57,596 nucleotides of DNA from a virus. Lineage: Duplodnaviria; Caudoviricetes. The DNA is taken from the IMG/VR virus record IMGVR_UViG_3300044695_006206, positions 1 through 57,596 of that record; one strand, given 5' to 3'. Both the position numbers and the translations under genes were made by a program. Positions 9,515 to 18,224 of this stretch are shown here, one piece after another. How positions within the stretch are numbered: the first letter of the stretch is position 1; each line of letters starts with the position of its first letter. The notes under the pieces were generated by a model. That model saw nothing but the letters and a program-made list of their open reading frames with translations, was not told the DNA's origin and did no database searches.

Positions 9515-10051
9515 TCAACCAGCGACCTCGAAGTTCGAGGCGATGGAGACGCGAGCTTCGCGGCTTCGGTTCGGCTCGACGTAGTGCGTGACGTGGCCCG
9601 GGAAGAACACGGCCAGACCTGGGCGGGGCGACACACGGTGGTAGGGGCGGCAGGACGTGGAGCCGTCGATCCCATCAGACCAGAGCGCAGCCGAGGCCGG
9701 GTCCATGAGGACGAGGTCTCCCGCCCCAGGGGCCGCCGAGAGGTAGTAGGCGCCGACGAGGATGTGCTGAGGGTGTGCGTGCGGGGTCATCCCCTCGCCG
9801 GGTCTTGTCGCGTTCGCCCACCCCCGCGCGTGGCGGATCGTCACAGGAACCGGACGATGCCGCATCATCTCCCTGGCTTCAGCGAGCAGCCGACGCGATA
9901 GCTCGGCGATGGCCGGGGCCGGGTTGTCCCAGATGTTCGAGAAGCGTGTCGTGGTCGGCACGGCGCGAAGGGCCGCGTCGATCTCGCGGTTGAGCGCTTC
10001 GTCCCCGATCTCGAACACGCCCACCGGGGTAGGCCAGAGAAGCTCGATCAC
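9515..10051 (-). CDS. Putative 2OG-Fe(II) oxygenase (TIGR02466-like)
   Basis: WPTPV...WAN.......HAHP....GAYYL...GDL.L.DP...P.PG..VFFP....H.V.PN.....RVSIA.N. Confidence 0.8.
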   Translation of the reverse strand: MIELLWPTPVGVFEIGDEALNREIDAALRAVPTTTRFSNIWDNPAPAIAELSRRLLAEAREMMRHRPVPVTIRHARGWANATRPGEGMTPHAHPQHILVGAYYLSAAPGAGDLVLMDPASAALWSDGIDGSTSCRPYHRVSPRPGLAVFFPGHVTHYVEPNRSREARVSIASNFEVAG

Positions 10052-10569
10052 GACTTTCCGTTGCTCGCCATGATCTCGGTCTTCTTCGCCGAGCCGGCCG
10101 AGGAGCCGAAGTAGTAGGCGCAGATGCCGGCGAAGGCCGTGGACAGGCCGCCCACCATGAGCAGCAGGGCCTCACTGCCCCCGCCCGCCGGCATGCCGTG
10201 GTTGAGCATGTAGAACAGCACCCCGAAGTAGCCGGCCAGGATGCCGGCGGCGAGCAGCCGGGGCGTCCAGTCCTTGGTGGCGACCTCCCGCGCACGCGCG
10301 TCGGATCGGTCGCCGGCCGCCACCCGTTCGAGGTCCACCTCAAGCTCGCGCATGCGGACCGCGAAGTCGTTGTCGGCCTTCTTCAGCGCCGCCAGTTGCT
10401 CGGGCGTAGCCTTCGCCAGGGCAGCCGCCAGTTCGGCTTCTGGCGCGTCCTCGTCGCCCAGGACGGCTCCCGCTATGGCTCGGGTCGCCATGCCCGCCAG
10501 CGGGCCTCCCAGGGCCGTGGCGATGGTCGGAGCGATGGTGCCGACCAGAGACTTCCAATCGAAAGGCAT
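10048..10569 (-). CDS. Holin (GTA 3TM-type)
   Basis: IAPTIATALGGPLAG...DRSDARARE...two TM helices...YYFGSSAGS. Confidence 0.7.
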   Translation of the reverse strand: MPFDWKSLVGTIAPTIATALGGPLAGMATRAIAGAVLGDEDAPEAELAAALAKATPEQLAALKKADNDFAVRMRELEVDLERVAAGDRSDARAREVATKDWTPRLLAAGILAGYFGVLFYMLNHGMPAGGGSEALLLMVGGLSTAFAGICAYYFGSSAGSAKKTEIMASNGKS

Positions 10570-10579
10570 GGCGGCCTCC

Positions 10580-10798
10580 TCAGGTCAGGCCGAGCATGGA
10601 TCGGGCCTTGGGGTAGTAGGGGCTGGCCGAGTCCGCGACGGTCCAGGCGCTCGGCATGCCAAGGTTCTCGGGGACCGGCGCGGTGACGATGCCACCCTCG
10701 ACCATCTTGAACAGATGGTCGCTCACCCGGACGATCCGGGCACCGTTCACGTCTTCGCTGACGAGCGGGTAGTCATACACGTTCGGTGTCTCAGTCAT
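10580..10798 (-). CDS. Hypothetical protein
   Basis: GGAG RBS; coupled to the dNMP kinase gene. Confidence 0.5.
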   Translation of the reverse strand: MTETPNVYDYPLVSEDVNGARIVRVSDHLFKMVEGGIVTAPVPENLGMPSAWTVADSASPYYPKARSMLGLT

Positions 10799-11342
10799 GG
10801 GTTGCTCCCTTCACGCTGGCGAGGGTCAGTTCGACCGACCGGATCATGTCCGGGATGGAGGTCGCATTGTTGATGAGGGTGTCTTCGGTGATGCTGCGCT
10901 GCATCCGCTCCGAGGCGTGGTCCATCGTCGCCAGCCCCGGGCGCACGATCCGCCAGACGAATCCGCCCACATCGCGGATCACCTCGGCCTCGTTCGGGAA
11001 CCGCACGTCGTCACAGACGATGCACGATTCGGGCGTCGCCATCGCGACCTCGCGCCAGCGGTTCACCCAAAGGTCCGGGTGAATGAGGCGCCTGCCCCAC
11101 TCCGTCCCGAGGGTCTGCATGATGTGCCTCGGCGTGCTGCCACCCGCCCAGGCGAGTGGCTGCATCTTCTGGTCCCCGTCAAGCTGCTCGTCGGTCAGGC
11201 CCAGGCCTGCCTTCAGCATGTCCTTCAGAGGGCCAGCGAAGCGTTGCCGCACGAAGCCATGCCGTTCGATGAGGTGGCGGGCCACGAGCGTCTTGCCCGA
11301 GCCTGCCAGCCCCACCACGCCGATGACGATGCGCCGGCTCAC
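10791..11342 (-). CDS. Deoxynucleoside monophosphate kinase
   Basis: GLAGSGKT P-loop, FAGPLK, TPRHIMQTLGTEWGR, DDVRFPNE, HASE. Confidence 0.88.
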   Translation of the reverse strand: MSRRIVIGVVGLAGSGKTLVARHLIERHGFVRQRFAGPLKDMLKAGLGLTDEQLDGDQKMQPLAWAGGSTPRHIMQTLGTEWGRRLIHPDLWVNRWREVAMATPESCIVCDDVRFPNEAEVIRDVGGFVWRIVRPGLATMDHASERMQRSITEDTLINNATSIPDMIRSVELTLASVKGATHD

Positions 11343-12712
11343 GCCGTCGTCGCCGAGTTGATGCGGATCACCGGACGCACCTTCGGCGCCTCTGCCTTCG
11401 TGGCGCCCCAGATGTCGTGGCGATCCTGGCGATGCGGTCCCTCGATCCGAACGGGGATGAGGCCAGTCATGAACTCGATCCCGGCCGCGAAGAAGGGAAT
11501 GTTGTCAGAGAAGGAGGCGTCGCATGCCTTCTCCCAGAGCTTGCCCTCCAGGAACATGCAGGCGCCCTGACAGAGTTGCAGGACAGGGCACTCGGCGCAC
11601 TCCGGGCGCTTGCTCCAGTGAGTCGCGGTGGTCAGTCGAACATCATCGAGACGGTCCACGGAGCCGATCCGGTGGCTCTCCCCGTTCGGCGCCTTGGAGA
11701 TAGCGGAGACGTTCTGGCATGTGATGACCTCTCCCTTGAGGGTCACCGCTGCGGTGTCGGCTCGGTCCATGCCGCACTTCTGACCAAGCGCGCTCGCGGG
11801 GCGCCCCTTGCGGACGCTGTCCACAAAGCCGGCGATCTTGGACCTCGCGATGCCGAAGTTCGTCACTTGGCCCTGGCGAAGCTCTGCGAACGCGCGGCGG
11901 CGATACTCGTGGTGTTCATCGTCTCCGAGCATGGAGGCGAGTCCACCCTCATCGTAGGGGTCCACGAACGAACCTTCGCCGATCCGCACGTCCTCGCCGA
12001 AGCGCTCGACAATCCAAGCCTGCACGGCAGCCCGGGACTGATTGCCACGGTGCATCATCGTGTTGATGCTGATGCGCCCCTGGGGGTGCAGGCGGCGGAA
12101 GAGATCGTGAATCGCTGCGGCCTTCTCTGGATCATCGAGTGGATCGGGGCCACGCACCGACTGCCCTGGGCCGTCGTGGGAGATCGCCACGTTCACCCCC
12201 ATGCGATCAATCCACTCGTTGATCTCAGGGGTCAGCAAGGAGCCGTTGGTGATGATGAGGAACTCGGCGTTCGGCATCTGCCCGCGAAGGCTCTCTGCCA
12301 GGGGCTTGAGGGTTTTCCAGTAGACGAACGGCTCCCCACCCCAGAACTCGATACGCCGGCCGCTGCCGCTGCCATCCTCCCCGGCCACGTCGAACCATGT
12401 CGGGAGCTTCGCCAGGAACGGCTCGAAGTCGCGCAGACCCGCGTCTGCGGCGTGCGGCACGAACCGCTGTGAGCAGTAGGTGCAGGCGTAGTTGCAGGAG
12501 AGGCCGAGGCTGATCTTCAGCGTCTTGATGTTGGACTTTGTGCCGGGGTCTTCCTGCGAGACCACCGTTGCCATCCCCCAGGACTGGGAGGTGACCTCAA
12601 CGGCCGGCCGACCATCTTCCCAAGTCAGGGCGCTCGACTGGTTGTCGTAGCGCATCCTGACAAGCGCGCCGCTAGAGTGCTGCGCGACGATATTGAACAG
12701 AGCCATTGTCAC
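11339..12712 (-). CDS. Radical SAM/SPASM-domain protein (peptide/protein maturase type)
   Basis: CNYACTYC (CxxxCxxC, 12473-12496), FWGGEP, ITNG, ISHDG; SPASM CG...G.VITC...CAECPVLQLCQGAC...C. Confidence 0.92.
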   Translation of the reverse strand: MTMALFNIVAQHSSGALVRMRYDNQSSALTWEDGRPAVEVTSQSWGMATVVSQEDPGTKSNIKTLKISLGLSCNYACTYCSQRFVPHAADAGLRDFEPFLAKLPTWFDVAGEDGSGSGRRIEFWGGEPFVYWKTLKPLAESLRGQMPNAEFLIITNGSLLTPEINEWIDRMGVNVAISHDGPGQSVRGPDPLDDPEKAAAIHDLFRRLHPQGRISINTMMHRGNQSRAAVQAWIVERFGEDVRIGEGSFVDPYDEGGLASMLGDDEHHEYRRRAFAELRQGQVTNFGIARSKIAGFVDSVRKGRPASALGQKCGMDRADTAAVTLKGEVITCQNVSAISKAPNGESHRIGSVDRLDDVRLTTATHWSKRPECAECPVLQLCQGACMFLEGKLWEKACDASFSDNIPFFAAGIEFMTGLIPVRIEGPHRQDRHDIWGATKAEAPKVRPVIRINSATTA

Positions 12713-13614
12713 CCCACGGTTGCGATGTACTCAGCGTCCCCGACCCAGTTGCGCCAGTTGACCTTCACGCGCACGCGCTCTCCCGCCACAAGGCCGAGCG
12801 CACCCACCCGGAAAGACCCACGCCCCCGCGTCACTTGAGCGCGGCTCTTCGGTGTATAGCCCTCGACATCCTCCAGGTAGAGCGTGGAGTTGCAGCGCAC
12901 GTCGATGTCGTCCGTCTCGGGGTGGAGTACATCGACGCTCACATCGACATATCCGTCGGGGGACACCGTCGCAGGGCCGGAAATGCGAAGGCGCGGCCAG
13001 ACCTCGGAGGACGACTGGGCGTTCGGCTGGAGCGGAATCGCTTCACCAAGGTTGTGGTGGAAGCCCGATGAGGCGCTGTACAGCAGGCAGACCGTGCAGT
13101 CGTCCAGCGTGCTGTCCGCATACGGTTGGTGAATCCAGAGAACGGTATTGCCCTGCTTGTCGGCGTGCCTCGCGGAAGCCGCTCTGCGGGATGCGAGATA
13201 GTCCAGCGTGGAGTTGAAGGGCTTCAAGAACCCATCGTCCTCGCTGTGCATGAAGAACCACGAACTATGGTCCGACACGCAGGCCGCGCCGAGCGCCGCA
13301 GGGTCCAGGCTCCAGCAGACCTCATCTGAAAGAGATAGGTGCCCCGACTTGTCGTGTGATCCCTGAAAGAGAGATGAGGGATAGCGAACCGACACGTCCG
13401 GGTGCGTGCGCTTGAATGGCGTTCCGTGTTCATGCAGGGCCTTCGCGATCTCGGCCTCAGTCGCATCGCGATGCCCCGCACTCGAATCGACGCGCTCGAA
13501 CGCGCGGATCGTGACGCGGTTGTCAGAGACGACGAAGGCGAGCGCCTTGCTGAAAAGTGCATTCTCGATAGAGCGAACCTTCATTTCAGGTCTCCCAAAG
13601 ACAGGCTGCTTCAC
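12709..13614 (-). CDS. Hypothetical protein with a beta-rich (Ig-like) C-terminus, coupled to the radical SAM gene
   Basis: 301-aa ORF whose stop overlaps the rSAM start (GTGA); alternating hydrophobic strands in the last ~95 aa. Confidence 0.7.
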   Translation of the reverse strand: MKQPVFGRPEMKVRSIENALFSKALAFVVSDNRVTIRAFERVDSSAGHRDATEAEIAKALHEHGTPFKRTHPDVSVRYPSSLFQGSHDKSGHLSLSDEVCWSLDPAALGAACVSDHSSWFFMHSEDDGFLKPFNSTLDYLASRRAASARHADKQGNTVLWIHQPYADSTLDDCTVCLLYSASSGFHHNLGEAIPLQPNAQSSSEVWPRLRISGPATVSPDGYVDVSVDVLHPETDDIDVRCNSTLYLEDVEGYTPKSRAQVTRGRGSFRVGALGLVAGERVRVKVNWRNWVGDAEYIATVG

Positions 13615-13644
13615 GCAGCGCGAACGAGGCTTCGCAGCCAGCCA

Positions 13645-14760
13645 CTAGCACGCGCAGTCGCAGGCGCAGTTGCAATTGCAGTTGAAGTTGTACTGGTAGG
13701 TTCTGATGTTCGCTGTCCCGCCGCCGTCTTCAAGGACATGAATGAACTGAGAAATGTTCCCGCAGTTGGTTGCCACTGACTGGCAGTTGGCAGGCCCGTT
13801 GTAGCAGTTCCCGGTGTTCCCGCAGTTGCCGGCTTGATTGCGGGCGCAGTTGTTGATCTGGTTGAAGAAGAAGTCGCCGAGGGCGCCGTAGGCCGATGTG
13901 TTGAGGGTTCCGTTCTCCGCGAACGTCGCGCGGTTTGACGCCCAAGCGCCTCCCCCGTTCGTTTTGACGATGGAGAGGTTGTTGTCGGAAGTCAGCATGA
14001 GGCCCCAGGCGGTCACACCGGGCTTATGAATCTCGTAGACCGCATCGGCAGAGTTGCTGCTGATCGAGAAGCCATATCGGTTAGTCTGAAAGACCGTCCC
14101 CGAGAAGGTAGCGCCAGCAAGGTTCGCGGGCGTGTAGCCAAGTGCGGTGGTCACATCGGCCGAGGCCAGCGTGACCGCCCCGGTCCGCGTGTTGAATGAG
14201 GACACGAGCGAGGAGTTGCTCGACGCGGCCGTGATGCGGCCCTTCGAGTCCACGGTGATGTTCGCCGCCGTGTAGCTGCCGGCGGTGACGGCCGTGTTCG
14301 CGAGTGTCGCGGCGAAGGAGAGGTTCGCGGAGCCATTGAAGGCCGCGCTGGTGCCTGTCACATCACCCGTGAGGGCGATGGTGCGGCCGGTGGCGAGGGC
14401 CGTCGCGGTCGCCGCGTTCCCGGTGATGTCGCCCGCAAGCTGGCCCGAGGCATTGCGCACGGCCACGGTGTTCGCGGTCGCAGCCTGACTGCTGTTGAAG
14501 CCGTCGAGGAGGTCCGCGTTCGGGACGATGGCGACCGCCCCGGCGATGCTCACCACCTGAATCCAGGTCGGGGTCAGGTCTTTCAGTTGGTAGAGGATGT
14601 TCTGGTCCGTCCTGAAGCAGAACATGCCCACCACCAGCCCCGTCGTGGGGAAGGCGGCCCCTGAGAAGTTCGAGCGCAGCGCATCATCGCGGTCGAGGAG
14701 CTTCTGCCTGGACGCAGAGAGCGTGTCCGTCGAAGGAATGTCGTTGTAGACCTGGGGCAT
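13645..14760 (-). CDS. Tail fibre protein with a Cys-rich C-terminus
   Basis: Fibre motifs ADLLDG, GNAATATAL.T.RTI.LTGDVTG, ITVDSKGRITAA, VSSFNTRTGAVTL; last ~68 aa hold 11 Cys and end NCNCNCACDCAC. Confidence 0.85.
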   Translation of the reverse strand: MPQVYNDIPSTDTLSASRQKLLDRDDALRSNFSGAAFPTTGLVVGMFCFRTDQNILYQLKDLTPTWIQVVSIAGAVAIVPNADLLDGFNSSQAATANTVAVRNASGQLAGDITGNAATATALATGRTIALTGDVTGTSAAFNGSANLSFAATLANTAVTAGSYTAANITVDSKGRITAASSNSSLVSSFNTRTGAVTLASADVTTALGYTPANLAGATFSGTVFQTNRYGFSISSNSADAVYEIHKPGVTAWGLMLTSDNNLSIVKTNGGGAWASNRATFAENGTLNTSAYGALGDFFFNQINNCARNQAGNCGNTGNCYNGPANCQSVATNCGNISQFIHVLEDGGGTANIRTYQYNFNCNCNCACDCAC

Positions 14761-14769
14761 CGCGGACTC

Positions 14770-17658
14770 CTAGTAGCCGGTGGCGGACCACGAGATGGTC
14801 CCCGCCACGCCTGTTGCAGGGCTGGCGGCATCGAACAGCCGCACAAAGAACGAGGTCGTGGTGATCGCCGACACCACAGGGATAGCAGTCACCAGCCCGC
14901 CCGTCTGCTGCACGATGACCTCGGGGACCACGGTGAACGCCTGCCCGAACGTGATGGTCTTGCCCCCAGAGGGCACGGACTCGGTGCTGCGGTCGCTCAA
15001 GTCCTGCACGTCGGTGGTGGTCTTGAAGGTCTGAATGGACACCGTCTCGTTCAGGCCATCCGCCGGCTCGGTCGTCGCATTGATGATCGCCGTCTGGAAC
15101 AGGTAGTCCCCGGGCAGGAAGGGCTTGAATGGGTCGAAGCCCACGGGCGCACGCGCAGAGGTGATCTGCCGGAAGAGGTCTTCAGTGAGTGCCGTGTTCC
15201 GCACGACCACATCGCCGAAGACGCCCGTCGCGTTGCGCAGCACAAGGTCGGCGATACGCACGCTGCGCAGGATGCGCTTGGCGATCTGCGCGCGGTCCGT
15301 CGAGGCCAGCCCGAAGCTCTCCAGGTTCGCCTGGAGCCAGTTGATGAGGTCCACGTATGTCGAGACAACCGAGAGGGCTTCGGCGTTTCGGTTCTGCACC
15401 GCAGCGGCGCGCACCTCCTGCACGGCCAGCCCGTCCCGGGCGACGGCCCCGGCGGTGCGGCGCGACGTAGTCGTGGTTGCGAAGGCCTCCGGGTTCTCCG
15501 AGCCAAGGCTCGTGTTCTTGCGGGTGAGCGTCGCGAAGATGGAGGCGCGCAAGGCCGTCACAGAGGAGCGGCGCGCGTCGGTCGTCAACCACGCCTCCGG
15601 GTTCACCGAACCGAGCGCCGTGTTCTTGCCCTCCAAGAAGGAGAGGGTCGAGGAGTTCGCCTGGAGCCAGTTGATGAGATCGACATACTGCTCGGCCAGA
15701 TTCAGGGCCTCGGCGAAGGTCCGAGAGGCAGACCAGACATCGGCACGCTGGCTGGACACGTTGAACGCCTCGGGGTTCCGAGAGTTCAGCGCCGTATCCT
15801 TCACGCTCGTGAGGTTGAGCGTCCTCGCGTTCGCCTGCACCCAGGCAGCCACGTCCGCGTAGGCCTCGGCGAAGGCCATCGCAGAGGCCCAGGAGCGCGT
15901 GGCTGCCCACACTTCGCTGCGGCTCTCGGCGATGGCGACGTTCGAAGCGAAGGCCTTGATGATTGCCGTCGGGGCGGCAGACCCGGTGTTCAGGCTCTCC
16001 GCATAGGCGCGCAGGAACGACACCACATTGGTCGAAGCCTCGACGAAGGCGATGGTCCGCGCCGTCACGTCGGCGAAGGCGCTCCTCCTGGCTTCTGCGA
16101 GCGAGATGGCCGACGCCGAGGCCCGCACAATGGCCCACGCATCGCTTTGGCTGCTGACGACCCCGAGCGCCTCGGCCTTTGGGACGGCCATTGCCGACCG
16201 TCGCGCCTCCCCGATGGGCAGGCTCGTGGCGTTGTTCGAGCCGAAGGCGCCGACCCGCTGTTCGGCGGTGGCCCACTGCTCGCGCAGGACGTCCTGGATA
16301 GTCGAGCCGCGCGCGGTCGAGGTCGCGAAGGCACTGGCGGTGATCCGGGCGTATGCGATGGCATCCGCATAGACCTCGGCCAAGGCCAGGGCCGACGACT
16401 GGCGTCGGGTGGGGGCGGCCGTGCGAGCTTCGGCGGTCGCCCACGCCTCTGCGATGGAGCGGGAGAAGACCGCCACGTTCGCCTCGGCCTCGGCGAAGGC
16501 GCTCGCCTCGAAGCGCGGGGTCGTGGCAGCCGAGCGGCGAGCCTCCGCGAAGGCAAGCGCGCGGGGCTGCCCACCACCCACCGTGGAGCGGCGCGCTTCC
16601 GAGGTGGTCCAGGCGGCAGTCTCGCGTGAGAAGGCTGCCCAGACGTCGGCATAGGCCGATGCGGTGGCGAAGGCGCTGGGCCTCGGGATGCTTACCCCGG
16701 AGGCCCGAAGCTCTGCAAACGCTGCGCTCTCAGCGGCGCGCTTCGTGCCGATGGAGCGCCGCGTCTCAGCGGTGGCCCAGGCCTCGGGGTTCACCGAGTT
16801 GAGCGCCGTGTTCTTCGCCTCGGCCGTGCTGAACGCCTCGATGTTGGCCTGAATCCAGGCGATGAGGTCCGAGTAGGTCTCGGCAAGGTTGAGGGACTCG
16901 GCCCGGACGGAGAACGCCTGCCAGACATCTGTCCGCGCGCTTGCGAAGGCGAACGAGGTCGGATTGAACGAGCCGAGCGCCGTGTTCTTTGCCTCGGCAA
17001 TCGCGAAGGCCGACGAGGCGCTTCGGATCGCCGCCCACACATCAGAGCGGTTCTCGGCGGTGGCCCACACCTCGGGGTTCACCGAGTTGAGGCTGGTGTT
17101 CTTGCCCTCTTGGTAGGCGAACGTGGTCCGGGCTGCCTTGGTCGGCGCAGAGCGCCGCTGCTCGGCGGTGGCGAACGCCTCGGCGAAGGCCCGGATGAAG
17201 GTGCGCAGCGTCGCCGAGGCTTCGGCAATGGCGAAGAACTCGCGCGAGACATCTGCCACCGCAGAGCGGCGTGCCTCGGCAGTTGCGAAGGAGGACGTCG
17301 CGTTGCGGCTCGCCGCCCAGACATCGGCGCGGGCCTCCGCAGTGGCGAACGCGGAGCTTCCCCGCTTCGTGGGGCTGGCGCGCCGGACACTGGCGAGCGC
17401 GAGCGGGCTGGAAGCCACGCGAGCGGCAGCCCAAACCTCGGTCCTCGCCTCTGCGAAGGCGGCCGTGCTGGACTGCCGATCCATGATGACCCGCAGATGC
17501 GCCTCGACGAAGTTCGGGGCCGCGTCCGTCTCCGTGCAAGTGAACGAAGCTGGAGCGGCAGTCGCCCACGTCTTGGTGGCCTGGAGGCTGTTCCAGGCCC
17601 AGGTGGCCGAGGCCCAGGTGTAGCTGGCCCCTGGCGTGGACGACTGCGTAACCGGCAC
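14770..17658 (-). CDS. Ala/Ser/Thr-rich repetitive tail-associated structural protein
   Basis: 962 aa of imperfect 17-19-aa repeats; C-terminal H-type-lectin-like segment (ITFGQAFTVVPEV...ITTTSF.V......G.ISW.A.GY). Confidence 0.75.
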   Translation of the reverse strand: MPVTQSSTPGASYTWASATWAWNSLQATKTWATAAPASFTCTETDAAPNFVEAHLRVIMDRQSSTAAFAEARTEVWAAARVASSPLALASVRRASPTKRGSSAFATAEARADVWAASRNATSSFATAEARRSAVADVSREFFAIAEASATLRTFIRAFAEAFATAEQRRSAPTKAARTTFAYQEGKNTSLNSVNPEVWATAENRSDVWAAIRSASSAFAIAEAKNTALGSFNPTSFAFASARTDVWQAFSVRAESLNLAETYSDLIAWIQANIEAFSTAEAKNTALNSVNPEAWATAETRRSIGTKRAAESAAFAELRASGVSIPRPSAFATASAYADVWAAFSRETAAWTTSEARRSTVGGGQPRALAFAEARRSAATTPRFEASAFAEAEANVAVFSRSIAEAWATAEARTAAPTRRQSSALALAEVYADAIAYARITASAFATSTARGSTIQDVLREQWATAEQRVGAFGSNNATSLPIGEARRSAMAVPKAEALGVVSSQSDAWAIVRASASAISLAEARRSAFADVTARTIAFVEASTNVVSFLRAYAESLNTGSAAPTAIIKAFASNVAIAESRSEVWAATRSWASAMAFAEAYADVAAWVQANARTLNLTSVKDTALNSRNPEAFNVSSQRADVWSASRTFAEALNLAEQYVDLINWLQANSSTLSFLEGKNTALGSVNPEAWLTTDARRSSVTALRASIFATLTRKNTSLGSENPEAFATTTTSRRTAGAVARDGLAVQEVRAAAVQNRNAEALSVVSTYVDLINWLQANLESFGLASTDRAQIAKRILRSVRIADLVLRNATGVFGDVVVRNTALTEDLFRQITSARAPVGFDPFKPFLPGDYLFQTAIINATTEPADGLNETVSIQTFKTTTDVQDLSDRSTESVPSGGKTITFGQAFTVVPEVIVQQTGGLVTAIPVVSAITTTSFFVRLFDAASPATGVAGTISWSATGY

Positions 17659-17681
17659 GAGCGCGGCCCCTCCTTCGAGGC

Positions 17682-18215
17682 TTACGACATCGTGAAGGTG
17701 AAGGTCTGCGTCAGCGAGTCATCGGCGCCCTTGTTGATCACCGAGAACACCACGCGGTCCAGCATCGTGCCGGCCGAGGAAGCGTTGAACACGCCCGCCT
17801 CGGTGATGGCCCCGGTCGCCACGCCTGCGGCGTAGGACGCGGAGAAGCTGAAGACCTTCGTGAGGTTCGTGTGGGCGTAGGTCGCGGACTGCCGGTTCAG
17901 TTCCGTCACCAGCGCGGTCTGGGCCGCCGCGAAGGCAGTCGTGCCGGTGCCCACCGCGATCCAGCCCATCGCCGCCGTGGCGCCGGCTGCGGAGCGGTTG
18001 CCGATGGAGTTCGCGATGAAGGAGAAGCCGGTGTCGCTGATGCCGTTCTCCTTCTGCTGGGCGAAGATGCTGCCGTCGGGGCGGAACAGCAGCGACTCCG
18101 AGAAGCCCCGGATGCCGAAGGCGCTGCGCGGGGCGCGCTCGCGCTGGCGGTCCATCCAGTCGCGCGCGTCGGCGATGGAGGTGAGCAGAGCGGAACGCTC
18201 GATCTTCTGGATCAT
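17682..18215 (-). CDS. Tail/baseplate fibre-attachment-type protein
   Basis: IAVGTGTTA....QTALVTEL.R...GAITEAGVFNA...GTML.R.VF..INK motif seen in phage tail modules. Confidence 0.7.
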   Translation of the reverse strand: MIQKIERSALLTSIADARDWMDRQRERAPRSAFGIRGFSESLLFRPDGSIFAQQKENGISDTGFSFIANSIGNRSAAGATAAMGWIAVGTGTTAFAAAQTALVTELNRQSATYAHTNLTKVFSFSASYAAGVATGAITEAGVFNASSAGTMLDRVVFSVINKGADDSLTQTFTFTMS

Positions 18216-18224
18216 GACGATCTC

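Noticed and set aside
11339-12712. Radical SAM as QueE (7-deazaguanine DNA modification), an RNR activase or MoaA
   Set aside because: It is too long, has a full SPASM domain, and no queC, queD, folE, dpdA, nrdD or moa genes are present.
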